From contig JAFTTS010000118.1 of the NCBI GenBank assembly GCA_017466685.1, positions 9,899 to 73,898 of the forward strand: DNA of 64,000 bases, written 5' to 3'. The first letter of the stretch is position 1, and every line of letters starts with the position of its first letter. The stretch comes from Clostridia bacterium (GTDB lineage Bacteria; Bacillota; Clostridia; Oscillospirales; CAG-272). The notes beneath the pieces are model-generated. The model saw nothing but the letters and a program-made list of their open reading frames with translations. It was not told where the DNA came from and ran no database searches. The translations under genes were made by a program, and so were the position numbers. Positions 26,759-35,567 of the stretch are shown piece after piece.

Positions 26759-27910
26759 ATGAAAAAGAACAGCCGAGCCGTTTCGCTTATGCTTTTTTCG
26801 GCTCTCACATTAAACTGCACATTAATGTCATCCTGTGCTGTTTCTCCGGAAGCAAAAAATCACGTATATGAGGATTTTGACGTAAAAGCACACGTCGGAA
26901 TCGAGTTTCCTGCCGAAGCATTCGGTTTCGGTGAGCTTGGTGCGGCCATAGTTCCGAGCGCAAATAAGGAGGAAAACTGTATTCCGTCCGATGCGACATA
27001 TTTTCCGATGACGCTCATCGAGGATATGCCGATATACAGAACCAGAACAGACGACACACCGTACGACTCCTTGAAAAAGGGACAGCGTGTATATCTGATC
27101 GAGCCCGAAGAAGGCAGCTCCTGGGCAACCGTATATTCATCTGGCAAGATCCTGCTCGGATACGCCAAGGACGGTTTTCTCCACACAATAAACAGCGATA
27201 GCTCACTTTATGCCGAGGTACCGATCGAAACAGGTCTCGCTCCCGACAATGCGGGAAATCTGGTCAGTGCATATTCTCATCTTGTCGATATCCGCAAATA
27301 TCTCAAGGTTTATGAGTCCACCGATCCCTCGAACGACGGTATTGATCTTGCAAGATACGACGTCAAGGTTTCAATGAAGCTCTCGACTGACGATACATCC
27401 ATCGGTGAACCCTTCTATGCGCGTAATCTCTGCCTGATCCAGTACGACACTCTGCAAAAGCTCGTCAAAGCAATAGAGATCTTCAGAAACGACGGTTATA
27501 CAGTTGTAATATACGATGCTTACCGTCCGACATCGGTCCAGCAGCGTTGGTTTGACGTTGTGCAGGTGCATAAGTGGGTTGCCGATCCCAAACGAGGAAT
27601 GGGCGGTATACATGACCGCGGTACTGCGCTTGACATCTCTCTCATAGATAATGAAACCGGAAAAGAGCTCGATATGCCGACTCCAATGCACACCTTCACT
27701 GTTGAATCAGCCAGAAACAGCACTTCAATGAGCGAGGTTCAGCGCCGCAACATGGATTATATGACAGACGTTATGACCTCCTGCGGTTTTACATACATCA
27801 ATTCCGAATGGTGGCATTTCCAGTGTGTCAACACAAGGAACTATCTGCCGACAGACCATCCGATTGATACGATTCCGCTTGTTCCCGCAGAAACCGAAAT
27901 TCTTAAATGA
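26759..27910 (+). CDS. Lipoprotein D-Ala-D-Ala dipeptidase-like M15 (VanX-type) peptidase with N-terminal SH3-like region
   Basis: I start it at ATG 26759 (MKKNSRAVSLMLFSALTLNCTLMSSC, lipobox; AAGGAG upstream). VanX-type motifs are YDAYRPTSVQ, GGIHDRGTALDISL (HxxGxAxD) and EWWHF. Confidence 0.78.
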   Translation: MKKNSRAVSLMLFSALTLNCTLMSSCAVSPEAKNHVYEDFDVKAHVGIEFPAEAFGFGELGAAIVPSANKEENCIPSDATYFPMTLIEDMPIYRTRTDDTPYDSLKKGQRVYLIEPEEGSSWATVYSSGKILLGYAKDGFLHTINSDSSLYAEVPIETGLAPDNAGNLVSAYSHLVDIRKYLKVYESTDPSNDGIDLARYDVKVSMKLSTDDTSIGEPFYARNLCLIQYDTLQKLVKAIEIFRNDGYTVVIYDAYRPTSVQQRWFDVVQVHKWVADPKRGMGGIHDRGTALDISLIDNETGKELDMPTPMHTFTVESARNSTSMSEVQRRNMDYMTDVMTSCGFTYINSEWWHFQCVNTRNYLPTDHPIDTIPLVPAETEILK

Positions 27911-27921
27911 GGGAGGTCAAC

Positions 27922-30066
27922 ATGAGTAAAACAGACAAAATCACAGCAAGTGAAAACACAGTTCTCCTCCCCGTACCGATGCTTGGTCCCGAGCTGAAAA
28001 CACCTGCATGGATACATTCCATCGCGCTCATAAAATCCTCGGGGGAGCAGGACACGATGCGTATTGTTATAAAGCGTGATCTCTCGGTCAGCATAAAGAG
28101 CTTCACCTTCAGATACCGTTTTTCGTCCCTGCCGATATATGTGCCGGATGAGGAACATAAATTCAGCAAATATGTTTACGAGGACGACGATCTCAATTCA
28201 AGCGAGCTTATCACAATACTCGGCAGCGTCCCATCTCATCTGACAACGGATGGTTGCTGTGCATACATCTCCGAGATCACGCTTTCAAGCGGTCAGATTT
28301 TAGAGTTCGATTCCTCACAGTTCCGTCTGATCCGCCGTCCGAAAACGAAAAAGGCACCGCAACCCGAGCCCACTTCAGTTCAGACCGATATCCCATCGAT
28401 CCTGCCCGAAGCAGACGTACAGAAAGCAACCGAAAAAAAGAAAAAATCTCAGCTTTCTCCCGAAAAGAAGCGTCGCCGTCTTATTGTGATCCTCGCGGCA
28501 ATGGTTGTGATGTTCGCGGTGGAGATCGTGGGCGGTATAGCGCTTTACCGTTATCTCGGAGTCAAAAATTCTGCCGATATGCTTATTAAGGAGCAGCGCT
28601 TTAACGAAGCCTATAAGATCGCGTACGATTCGGATTACGACAGCGTACTGAACCGCGTATGCAAAAAGGCAGTTGAGTATTATCTCGGCAATAACGACCT
28701 TGAAACGGCGTATGTTTATGCGTACGGTTCCTCAAATAGTGAGCTTACCGATCTTGTTATTGACTATGCGACCTCGGCTGTTATTGACGTAAACACGGGA
28801 AAAATAAACGAAAATGCATTTCGCGTTATAAAAAAGACGGATAATGACGATAAGTTCACGTCGATCATACAAATAATCTGTAACAATCTGAAAAACAGAG
28901 GCGACTTTGCAAATGCGCTGAGAATAGCAAGCGAGATCCGCGATCCGGCAACAAGGGATAATTACGAAAACACTGTCTTTGAAGAAGCACTCAACTATTA
29001 TATTTCAAATCACAAATACGAAAGTGCTTCATCCTTTATCGACGAGCTGCCGAATATCACGACCTTTGAAAAATCTCACAGCGATGCACTCAGTGCCGCA
29101 ATAGACCGTTGCGTTCTGAACAATGACAATGCGGGTATCATCTATTTTTCAAAGCGTTACCCCGAAGCCGAGGGAATCACCACTGTAACGGCAGGTACCG
29201 CACCCGGAGATGCCGGCGTACGTGCAGAGCTTGCAATCATCTATCCCATGCTCACAGAGGAGCAGAAGCGTACATATCATTCACAGCCCATTGCAATATG
29301 GAACGAACAGATCTACCGCATCAGCGATGGAACGGTCAAATTGCCCGGAGGGAAGATCACAGACGCAGTTTCAATCGACATGAACGAACAGCTCTGTCTC
29401 GTTCTTCACAGTGACGGAAGCATCAGTGCACATCCCTTAAAGGGCGAAAAGGTTCCTTATACCATCCCCAAATACGACGATATTATTGATATCACACTCG
29501 GAAAGGATCACGCAGTCCTTCTCCATGCAGACGGCACAGTCAGCGCACTCGGCGACAATACATACGGTCAGTGTGACGTTTCCGAATGGAGCGATATCGT
29601 CACGGTTGCGGCAGGTCAGCGTTTCACGGTGGGACTCAAAACAGACGGAACTCTGGTCGCAGTCGGTTACAATTCGTGCGGTCAGTGTGACGTTGAGCCT
29701 TACCGAAATGTTGTTGACATCGATGCCTGCAATCAGACGACTGTCATGCTCTTCTCAGACGGCACCGTTATGATACGCGGTTACCGTTCCTTAGGGCTCG
29801 AGAATGTCGAGAGTGCAACAAACGTAACACGTATACGTGCAGGTGCTGCAGCGATACTCGTTGAAAAGCGTCTCACCCCGAAGGAGCGTACATACGAGCT
29901 CTATACGGGACATTCCGGAGGCTCATACGGTGATCCGACAAGCTGGCCGACGCTCGATGCATTTGACGTTGGCGTAATGTGCATCGCCGGAGTTGATCCA
30001 AACGGCAATATGTGCCAGAGCGGCGATAATATGCCGAATAAAACAACACAGGAATCAGATTCATGA
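27922..30066 (+). CDS. Single-pass membrane protein with C-terminal RCC1-like repeats
   Basis: The start is ATG 27922 (GGGAGG 5 nt upstream). The track ORF starts at 27907, overlapping the previous stop. It has a cytoplasmic N-domain of about 190 aa, a TM helix (LIVILAAMVVMFAVEIVGGIALY), a helical region, then repeats GDNTYGQCDVSEW / GYNSCGQCDVEPY typical of RCC1/beta-propeller blades. Confidence 0.7.
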   Translation: MSKTDKITASENTVLLPVPMLGPELKTPAWIHSIALIKSSGEQDTMRIVIKRDLSVSIKSFTFRYRFSSLPIYVPDEEHKFSKYVYEDDDLNSSELITILGSVPSHLTTDGCCAYISEITLSSGQILEFDSSQFRLIRRPKTKKAPQPEPTSVQTDIPSILPEADVQKATEKKKKSQLSPEKKRRRLIVILAAMVVMFAVEIVGGIALYRYLGVKNSADMLIKEQRFNEAYKIAYDSDYDSVLNRVCKKAVEYYLGNNDLETAYVYAYGSSNSELTDLVIDYATSAVIDVNTGKINENAFRVIKKTDNDDKFTSIIQIICNNLKNRGDFANALRIASEIRDPATRDNYENTVFEEALNYYISNHKYESASSFIDELPNITTFEKSHSDALSAAIDRCVLNNDNAGIIYFSKRYPEAEGITTVTAGTAPGDAGVRAELAIIYPMLTEEQKRTYHSQPIAIWNEQIYRISDGTVKLPGGKITDAVSIDMNEQLCLVLHSDGSISAHPLKGEKVPYTIPKYDDIIDITLGKDHAVLLHADGTVSALGDNTYGQCDVSEWSDIVTVAAGQRFTVGLKTDGTLVAVGYNSCGQCDVEPYRNVVDIDACNQTTVMLFSDGTVMIRGYRSLGLENVESATNVTRIRAGAAAILVEKRLTPKERTYELYTGHSGGSYGDPTSWPTLDAFDVGVMCIAGVDPNGNMCQSGDNMPNKTTQESDS

Positions 30067-32465
30067 GTAAAAAATCATCAGCCAAGAAAAGAAAAGCCGC
30101 AAAGGCTAAAGCGCAGGCTCGTGAGGTGCTCAACAAGCCTGAGATAACGAAGCCTGAGGCAAAGAAAACCGAAGCCGATCCGCTGAAAAAGGTTACGGAC
30201 GAGCTGCTTGACGAGCTTGAAAAGGAAGCTTCCGGCGAGATAAATTCCGAAGCGACCGAAACAAAGGCGTCTCTTAAAGATAATAACAGCTCGCAGGCCG
30301 AAACGGTTAATGAGCCGAACAGCAAGACAAGCGACGAGCCCGAGATTGAACCCGACGACGAGCCTGAGGTTGAACCGGAGGATGAACCCGGAGATCAACC
30401 GTCCGAAAACGCAGACATCAGTGCTCAAAGCGTTACTTCTTACATCCCGGAAAACGAAAAAAAGCACCCGATACTGTTTTATCTGCTTGCATTGATCGTC
30501 GTCATCCTGCTTCCCGTCGTTAACCTTATCGCTTACGGTCTGCTCCCTCACGAAACCGAGATCGGTGAAGAAATCACACTGCCTCTTCGTGATATGCCGT
30601 TCCTTGCGTCAAAGTGCGAGATCAAAACCGATCTTGACGTTATCGACACAGACGTTATCGGAAAGCATCCGCTTGAGCTCGAGTTTTTCGGTTTCATTCC
30701 GATAAGATCGACTCTTTCGGTTCGCGACAGTACCGCTCCGACGGTTAAAACACACACTCTCTGTATACCAAGCGGAACAGAAGAAGTCTATGCCGAGGAT
30801 TTCATCAGAAGCACCGAGGATAAAACCGAGCTTACATATTCCATACGCGGCAAGATCGATTATGAAAACGGCGGGACCGTAAAATTAAGCGTCACCGATG
30901 AGTTCGGCAACAGAACAAACTGCACTGCCGAGCTTGCAATAACCGATCTGCTTACACCTCCCGAGATTGAGCTCGGAACAAAAAAAGCCGACCTCACAAG
31001 TGAGCTTCTGAAGCACGGACATCTGAGCGAGCTTGACTTCGAAGCGGTCAATTTCAGCGAATGCGGAACTTATCGCGTCAGAGGAAACCTTGACGGCACA
31101 CCTTGCCTTTTCGATCTGACCATAGTCGATACCATCGCTCCGAGCGCCGAAACAGCTTCCTTTGATATTTTTCTCGGTCAGACGCTTGAAGCGGAGGATT
31201 TCATCAAAAATGCTTACGACAGATCAGAGTTCAAGGCATATTTCCATGAGTCACCCGATTTTGAAAATGTCGGATGGCAGGTGGTAACCGTGATTCTCGA
31301 GGATGAGTACGGCAATGCGGCAAGGTTCAAGGCTCTGTTGAATATTCACGATTTCAAGTCAGACTACACCATTGAAGCGGGAACTCCCAATGAGGTTTTT
31401 GTGAAAGAGCTTCCGCAAAAATCGGAAACGTCCAACCTTGTTCCCTATCTCCCCGATGATGTTTTTGTAAATGAGCTACCGATCGGAACACACAAAATCG
31501 AGCTTCAAGGCGAATATTCAAAACTCCCGATAAGCTTGACGGTCATTGATACGATCGCACCGGTTATAACGCTTAAGTCAGTACAGATATACAGCGGCAC
31601 CGAGCCTGATGCGGCAGTTTTCATTGACACCTGTGAGGATGCATCCGAGGTTACATTCACCCTTGGCAGTGAGATCGACACATCGCTTCTCGGTGAACAG
31701 GTCGTAACGGTTATCGCAACGGATGCGGCAGGTAACTTCACAAGCTGCAGCACATCAATGTATGTTATCAAAGACACCGAGAAACCGGTTATACACGGTG
31801 TGAAATCGCTTGTTTACAACCTCGGCGAAACGGTATATTACCGAAGCGGAGTTTATGCAACCGATAACTGTGACGGAGAGGTCAATGTTACCGTTGACGC
31901 GTCTAAGGTAAACACAAGCGTTGCGGGCATCTATTATGTAACCTATCAAGCCTCCGACTCCTCGGGAAATACCGCAACAGTATCGGCAAGAGTCACGATC
32001 GGAGCAATCAGCCGCCAAACGGTCGATGAGCTTGCGGATAAGCTTCTCGCAAAAATCGTCACAGACTCAATGACACCGCGCCAAAAGGCAGAAGCCATCT
32101 ATAACTGGTGCTCGGTCAATATAAAGTATTCAAGCGCAACAAGCTATCTGATGGGAAATTTCATTCAGGCAGCTTACACGGGATTTACCAGGTACTACGG
32201 TAACTGCTATACTTATTATGCAGTCGCAAGTGCACTTCTCACGCGTGCAGGCATCGAGAATATTGAGATCCACAGAAACGATCCGGACCGTCCTCACTAT
32301 TGGAACCTCGTTAAAATGGACGGCGAGTGGTATCATTTCGACACCTGTCCTCAGCCGGCACCGCATAAGCTTAAGGTCTTTCTTCTGACAGACAGCGAGG
32401 TGCGTGCCTTCTCACTCGATTACTACTACGATTTCGACGCAAACAATTACCCGACAACTCCATAA
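30063..32465 (+). CDS. Single-pass membrane protein with Ig-like repeats and C-terminal transglutaminase-like cysteine-protease core
   Basis: 800 aa. It has:
- a K/E-rich and D/E/P-rich N-terminus;
- a TM helix (ILFYLLALIVVILLPVVNLIAYGLL);
- repeated beta-rich modules containing DTIAP / DxxGN motifs;
- a C-terminal GNCYTYYAVASALLTRAGIENIEIHR...HYWNLVKMDGEWYHFD (the Cys-His-Asp transglutaminase core pattern).
The ATG overlaps the upstream stop. Confidence 0.72.
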   Translation: MSKKSSAKKRKAAKAKAQAREVLNKPEITKPEAKKTEADPLKKVTDELLDELEKEASGEINSEATETKASLKDNNSSQAETVNEPNSKTSDEPEIEPDDEPEVEPEDEPGDQPSENADISAQSVTSYIPENEKKHPILFYLLALIVVILLPVVNLIAYGLLPHETEIGEEITLPLRDMPFLASKCEIKTDLDVIDTDVIGKHPLELEFFGFIPIRSTLSVRDSTAPTVKTHTLCIPSGTEEVYAEDFIRSTEDKTELTYSIRGKIDYENGGTVKLSVTDEFGNRTNCTAELAITDLLTPPEIELGTKKADLTSELLKHGHLSELDFEAVNFSECGTYRVRGNLDGTPCLFDLTIVDTIAPSAETASFDIFLGQTLEAEDFIKNAYDRSEFKAYFHESPDFENVGWQVVTVILEDEYGNAARFKALLNIHDFKSDYTIEAGTPNEVFVKELPQKSETSNLVPYLPDDVFVNELPIGTHKIELQGEYSKLPISLTVIDTIAPVITLKSVQIYSGTEPDAAVFIDTCEDASEVTFTLGSEIDTSLLGEQVVTVIATDAAGNFTSCSTSMYVIKDTEKPVIHGVKSLVYNLGETVYYRSGVYATDNCDGEVNVTVDASKVNTSVAGIYYVTYQASDSSGNTATVSARVTIGAISRQTVDELADKLLAKIVTDSMTPRQKAEAIYNWCSVNIKYSSATSYLMGNFIQAAYTGFTRYYGNCYTYYAVASALLTRAGIENIEIHRNDPDRPHYWNLVKMDGEWYHFDTCPQPAPHKLKVFLLTDSEVRAFSLDYYYDFDANNYPTTP

Positions 32466-32483
32466 ATGAAAGGATAAATTAAA

Positions 32484-33041
32484 ATGAAAAAAATCATCAC
32501 ACTTCTTTTATCTCTCAGTCTGCTCACTGCCCTCACAGCGTGCGGCGGCACATCTGACAACAGCAGTGACACGGGCGAAAACGCAGGGGAAACCACCGCC
32601 AACACATCATCGGAGGAAACCGACAAAATCACAAGCACAACATACGAGGTCAAGTTAAGCAACGGACTCACCGTAACTATCGGCGGAAATGCAGAGGATT
32701 TTGTAAATGCAGCAGGCGAACCGCTCGAATATACGGAAGCAACAAGCTGTATTCATGAGGGTTATGACAAGGTATATACGTTCGACGGCTACAGCGTTAC
32801 AACCTCGCCCGACGCAAGCGGCAATCAGTACGTTTCGAATCTTACTCTGCTTTCGGACGTCGTGCTTTTTGATAACGGTCTCTCAATCGGAAGCGGTGCA
32901 GCAGAGCTTGATGCACTGTTCGGAACGGAGTACGAGGAACAGTTCGGCGTGAGAACCTATACGCTCGATGCGGTAACAGTTGCCGTGATCGTTGACGGTG
33001 ATATTGTAACAAGCATCTCGGTCAATTCTAACTTAAATTAA
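32484..33041 (+). CDS. Hypothetical lipoprotein
   Basis: 185 aa. Signal plus lipobox MKKIITLLLSLSLLTALTACGG, followed by a S/T/E-rich linker. I recognise no family. Confidence 0.65.
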   Translation: MKKIITLLLSLSLLTALTACGGTSDNSSDTGENAGETTANTSSEETDKITSTTYEVKLSNGLTVTIGGNAEDFVNAAGEPLEYTEATSCIHEGYDKVYTFDGYSVTTSPDASGNQYVSNLTLLSDVVLFDNGLSIGSGAAELDALFGTEYEEQFGVRTYTLDAVTVAVIVDGDIVTSISVNSNLN

Positions 33042-33048
33042 ATCACAA

Positions 33049-33080
33049 AGCCCTCTCAAAAAAACGGGAGGGCTTATTTA
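33049..33080. terminator. Bidirectional hairpin between convergent operons
   Basis: AAGCCCTC (33049-33056) pairs with GAGGGCTT (33068-33075), followed by ATTTATATT. A-rich loop. Confidence 0.6.
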
Positions 33081-33452
33081 TATTGCGAGGTATAAAGCCA
33101 AAAATATCATTCCCAAAGCAGTAAATCCGATTCCGCAAAAGAGCGTACCGTGATAGAGTGTACGCTTTTCTTTTTTGCGGCACTTGTAATCGTAATAACC
33201 GCCTTTTTCATCCGTATTGATAAGCGAATATACGGAATAGGTCAACATATCGAAAACTCCCGTACATGAAATATACGAAAGAAGCGCAAAGCCTGTCAGA
33301 ACCACTCCGGGAATAATAAAGCAGTCCGAAAGAATACCAAATATATCACGCAAGCTGTCCGATACGAAAAGCCCCCGACTCAAGGCTGTTACAGAGAACA
33401 AGAAAACGCCGACAGTAATACTAGCAAACAGTCTTATCTTCATCCTCATCAC
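33078..33452 (-). CDS. Small integral membrane protein, last gene of the ABC operon
   Basis: 124 aa with 3-4 hydrophobic helices. The start overlaps the upstream ATPase stop. The family is not confidently recognised. Confidence 0.55.
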   Translation of the reverse strand: MMRMKIRLFASITVGVFLFSVTALSRGLFVSDSLRDIFGILSDCFIIPGVVLTGFALLSYISCTGVFDMLTYSVYSLINTDEKGGYYDYKCRKKEKRTLYHGTLFCGIGFTALGMIFLALYLAI

Positions 33453-34540
33453 GTCACCGTCCTGCGATATGCTTCGTATTCGGTATCACTGCACATAACG
33501 TAATGACCGTCCGATATCTCTCTGAAGGACGGCTTTTCTTTGCTGTAATCGTGTACCTTTTCGGGCTCGTAAATGATACGCTTCCTGTTTTTTTCGTATA
33601 TGGGATCAGGGAGCGGAATCGCCGAAAGAAGCGAGCGCGTATATGGATGAAGCGGATTTGAAAACAGCTCGTCAGACTCGGCAAGCTCAACGAGTTTTCC
33701 AAGGTACATAACGCCGATACGGTCGGAAAAATATTTCACAACCGAAAGGTCATGCGCGATAAAAAGCACCGTGAGACCGAGACTTTTTCTGAGCCCGTCA
33801 AGAAGATTTATAACCTGTGCCTGAACCGAAACGTCAAGTGCAGAAACGGGTTCATCGGCAATTATCATTTGTGGCTCCATAATGATCGCCCGTGCAATGC
33901 CGATTCGTTGACGCTGTCCTCCCGAAAATTCATGAGGATAACGTCCTGCGTGCCCCTCTAATAGGCCCACGGTTTCAAGCGTTTTGTATACCTTTTCATC
34001 AATAGTTTTCCGGTCTCGTTCACCCTTTATCTTTAATCCCTCGGCAATTATCTCGCGAACGGTCATTCTCGGATCGAGCGATGCCGTCGGATCCTGAAAT
34101 ATCATCTGTATACGCGAGGAAATATCGCTTTTTTGGCGGTTGTCACGGTGTGCTGATCTTATCGCATTGCGGTTCTCTGTTATCGTTCGCTCAAGCTCAT
34201 ATTTAAGTCGCCTGCGCTCGGTGTCGTTCCCTGCCCTCGCAAGCTCCTCGCGGTAATTTTTACGTGCCGCCTTTATCGCCTCACGGTATCCTCTCGCACC
34301 TGCCGATATCCGTACTCCGTCAAGCCACACCTCACCCGAGGTTGCATCATAAAGCTTGATTATTGTCCGTCCCATCGTGGTTTTACCGCATCCCGATTCG
34401 CCGACAAGTCCGAACACTTCGCCTCGTTTCACATCAAAGCTGACGTCATCAAGCGCACGAAATTCATCTTTACCTACCTTGAAATATTTACAGAGATGCG
34501 ACACACGCAAAAGTATATCATCCCTCTCCATGTTCGTCAC
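33449..34540 (-). CDS. Oligopeptide/dipeptide-type ABC transporter ATP-binding protein (OppF-like) with internal insertion
   Basis: 363 aa. Walker A GESGCGKTT, signature FSGGQRQRIGIARA and Walker B IIADEPVSALD. About 50 extra charged residues (REAIKAARKNYREELARAGNDTERRRLKYELERTITENRNAIRSAHRDNRQKSD) lie between Walker A and the Q-loop IQMIFQDP. Confidence 0.88.
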   Translation of the reverse strand: MTNMERDDILLRVSHLCKYFKVGKDEFRALDDVSFDVKRGEVFGLVGESGCGKTTMGRTIIKLYDATSGEVWLDGVRISAGARGYREAIKAARKNYREELARAGNDTERRRLKYELERTITENRNAIRSAHRDNRQKSDISSRIQMIFQDPTASLDPRMTVREIIAEGLKIKGERDRKTIDEKVYKTLETVGLLEGHAGRYPHEFSGGQRQRIGIARAIIMEPQMIIADEPVSALDVSVQAQVINLLDGLRKSLGLTVLFIAHDLSVVKYFSDRIGVMYLGKLVELAESDELFSNPLHPYTRSLLSAIPLPDPIYEKNRKRIIYEPEKVHDYSKEKPSFREISDGHYVMCSDTEYEAYRRTVT

Positions 34541-35567
34541 CTCTCATCTTTTCCATTCTCTGTCTGCGCTCACGTATGATACGCGGTTCCCTAACCTTCG
34601 GCGCATCGGGATGAAGCAGCCAGGTTGCCGCACTGTGCGTTTGTGATATCCTGAACATCGGCGGCATCACCTCAAAATCGATCTCGAGTGCATATTTGTT
34701 GCGCTCTGCAAAGGCATCCCCGATCGGCGGAGAGGTCATATCGGGCGGAACTCCGGGTATTGCTTCAAGCGTTTCGGTTGTTTCAAGATCGGGAACACTT
34801 GAAAGCAGTGCCCAGGTGTAAGGGTGTGCTGCACGGTAAAAGATGTCCTCTGCCGTACCAAGCTCAACGATCTTCCCTGCATACATCACGGCTATTCTAT
34901 CTGCAATATTGGCAACAACACCGAGATCATGCGTGATGAATATCATCGACAGCCGATGTTCACGCTTAAGCTTTTCGAGAAGCTCAAGTATCTGTGCCTG
35001 GATCGTAACGTCAAGTGCCGTCGTCGGCTCGTCACAGATGAGTATTTCAGGCTCAGCCGCAAGCGCAATGGCTATAACGATACGTTGACGCATACCGCCC
35101 GAAAATTCAAACGGGTAACGCTCATACCTCGTCCTTGCGTCGGGAATACCGACCTCCTCCATCAGCTTTATCGCACGTTCCTTTGCCGCCGATTTTGAGA
35201 GCTTCCCTTTTAAAACCATCGCCTCGGTTATCTGCTTACCAACCTTTACAATAGGATTTAGACTCGACATCGGATCCTGGAATATCATAGCGATACGATC
35301 ACCGCGCAGACGGCACATTTCCTTTTCGGAAAGCTTCAGAATATCCTTGCCGCCATATAATATCTCGCCTTTCTCAACAACTGCATTGCCCGAAAGTATA
35401 CCGAGTATCGCCTTGCTTGTTACCGATTTGCCCGAGCCCGATTCACCGACAATCGCAAGTGTTTCTCCCCTTGAAAGAGTGAAATCTATACCGCGCACTG
35501 CCTGAACCTTGTCGCTCGGTGTTTTGAACGACACCGCAAGATCTTTTACAGAAAGTATCTTCTCCAT
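34518..35567 (-). CDS. Oligopeptide/dipeptide-type ABC transporter ATP-binding protein (OppD-like)
   Basis: 349 aa. Walker [10 protein letters not shown], signature [16 protein letters not shown], Walker [12 protein letters not shown] and an Opp C-terminal extension ([12 protein letters not shown]). Confidence 0.9.
   Translation of the reverse strand: MEKILSVKDLAVSFKTPSDKVQAVRGIDFTLSRGETLAIVGESGSGKSVTSKAILGILSGNAVVEKGEILYGGKDILKLSEKEMCRLRGDRIAMIFQDPMSSLNPIVKVGKQITEAMVLKGKLSKSAAKERAIKLMEEVGIPDARTRYERYPFEFSGGMRQRIVIAIALAAEPEILICDEPTTALDVTIQAQILELLEKLKREHRLSMIFITHDLGVVANIADRIAVMYAGKIVELGTAEDIFYRAAHPYTWALLSSVPDLETTETLEAIPGVPPDMTSPPIGDAFAERNKYALEIDFEVMPPMFRISQTHSAATWLLHPDAPKVREPRIIRERRQRMEKMRGDEHGEG

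Noticed and set aside
30300-30430. An apparent short tandem repeat (GAGCC/GAACC periodicity).
   Set aside because: It is in-frame low-complexity coding sequence (DEPEIEPDDEPEVEPEDEPGD) inside the 800-aa ORF. It is not a non-coding repeat or CRISPR-like array.
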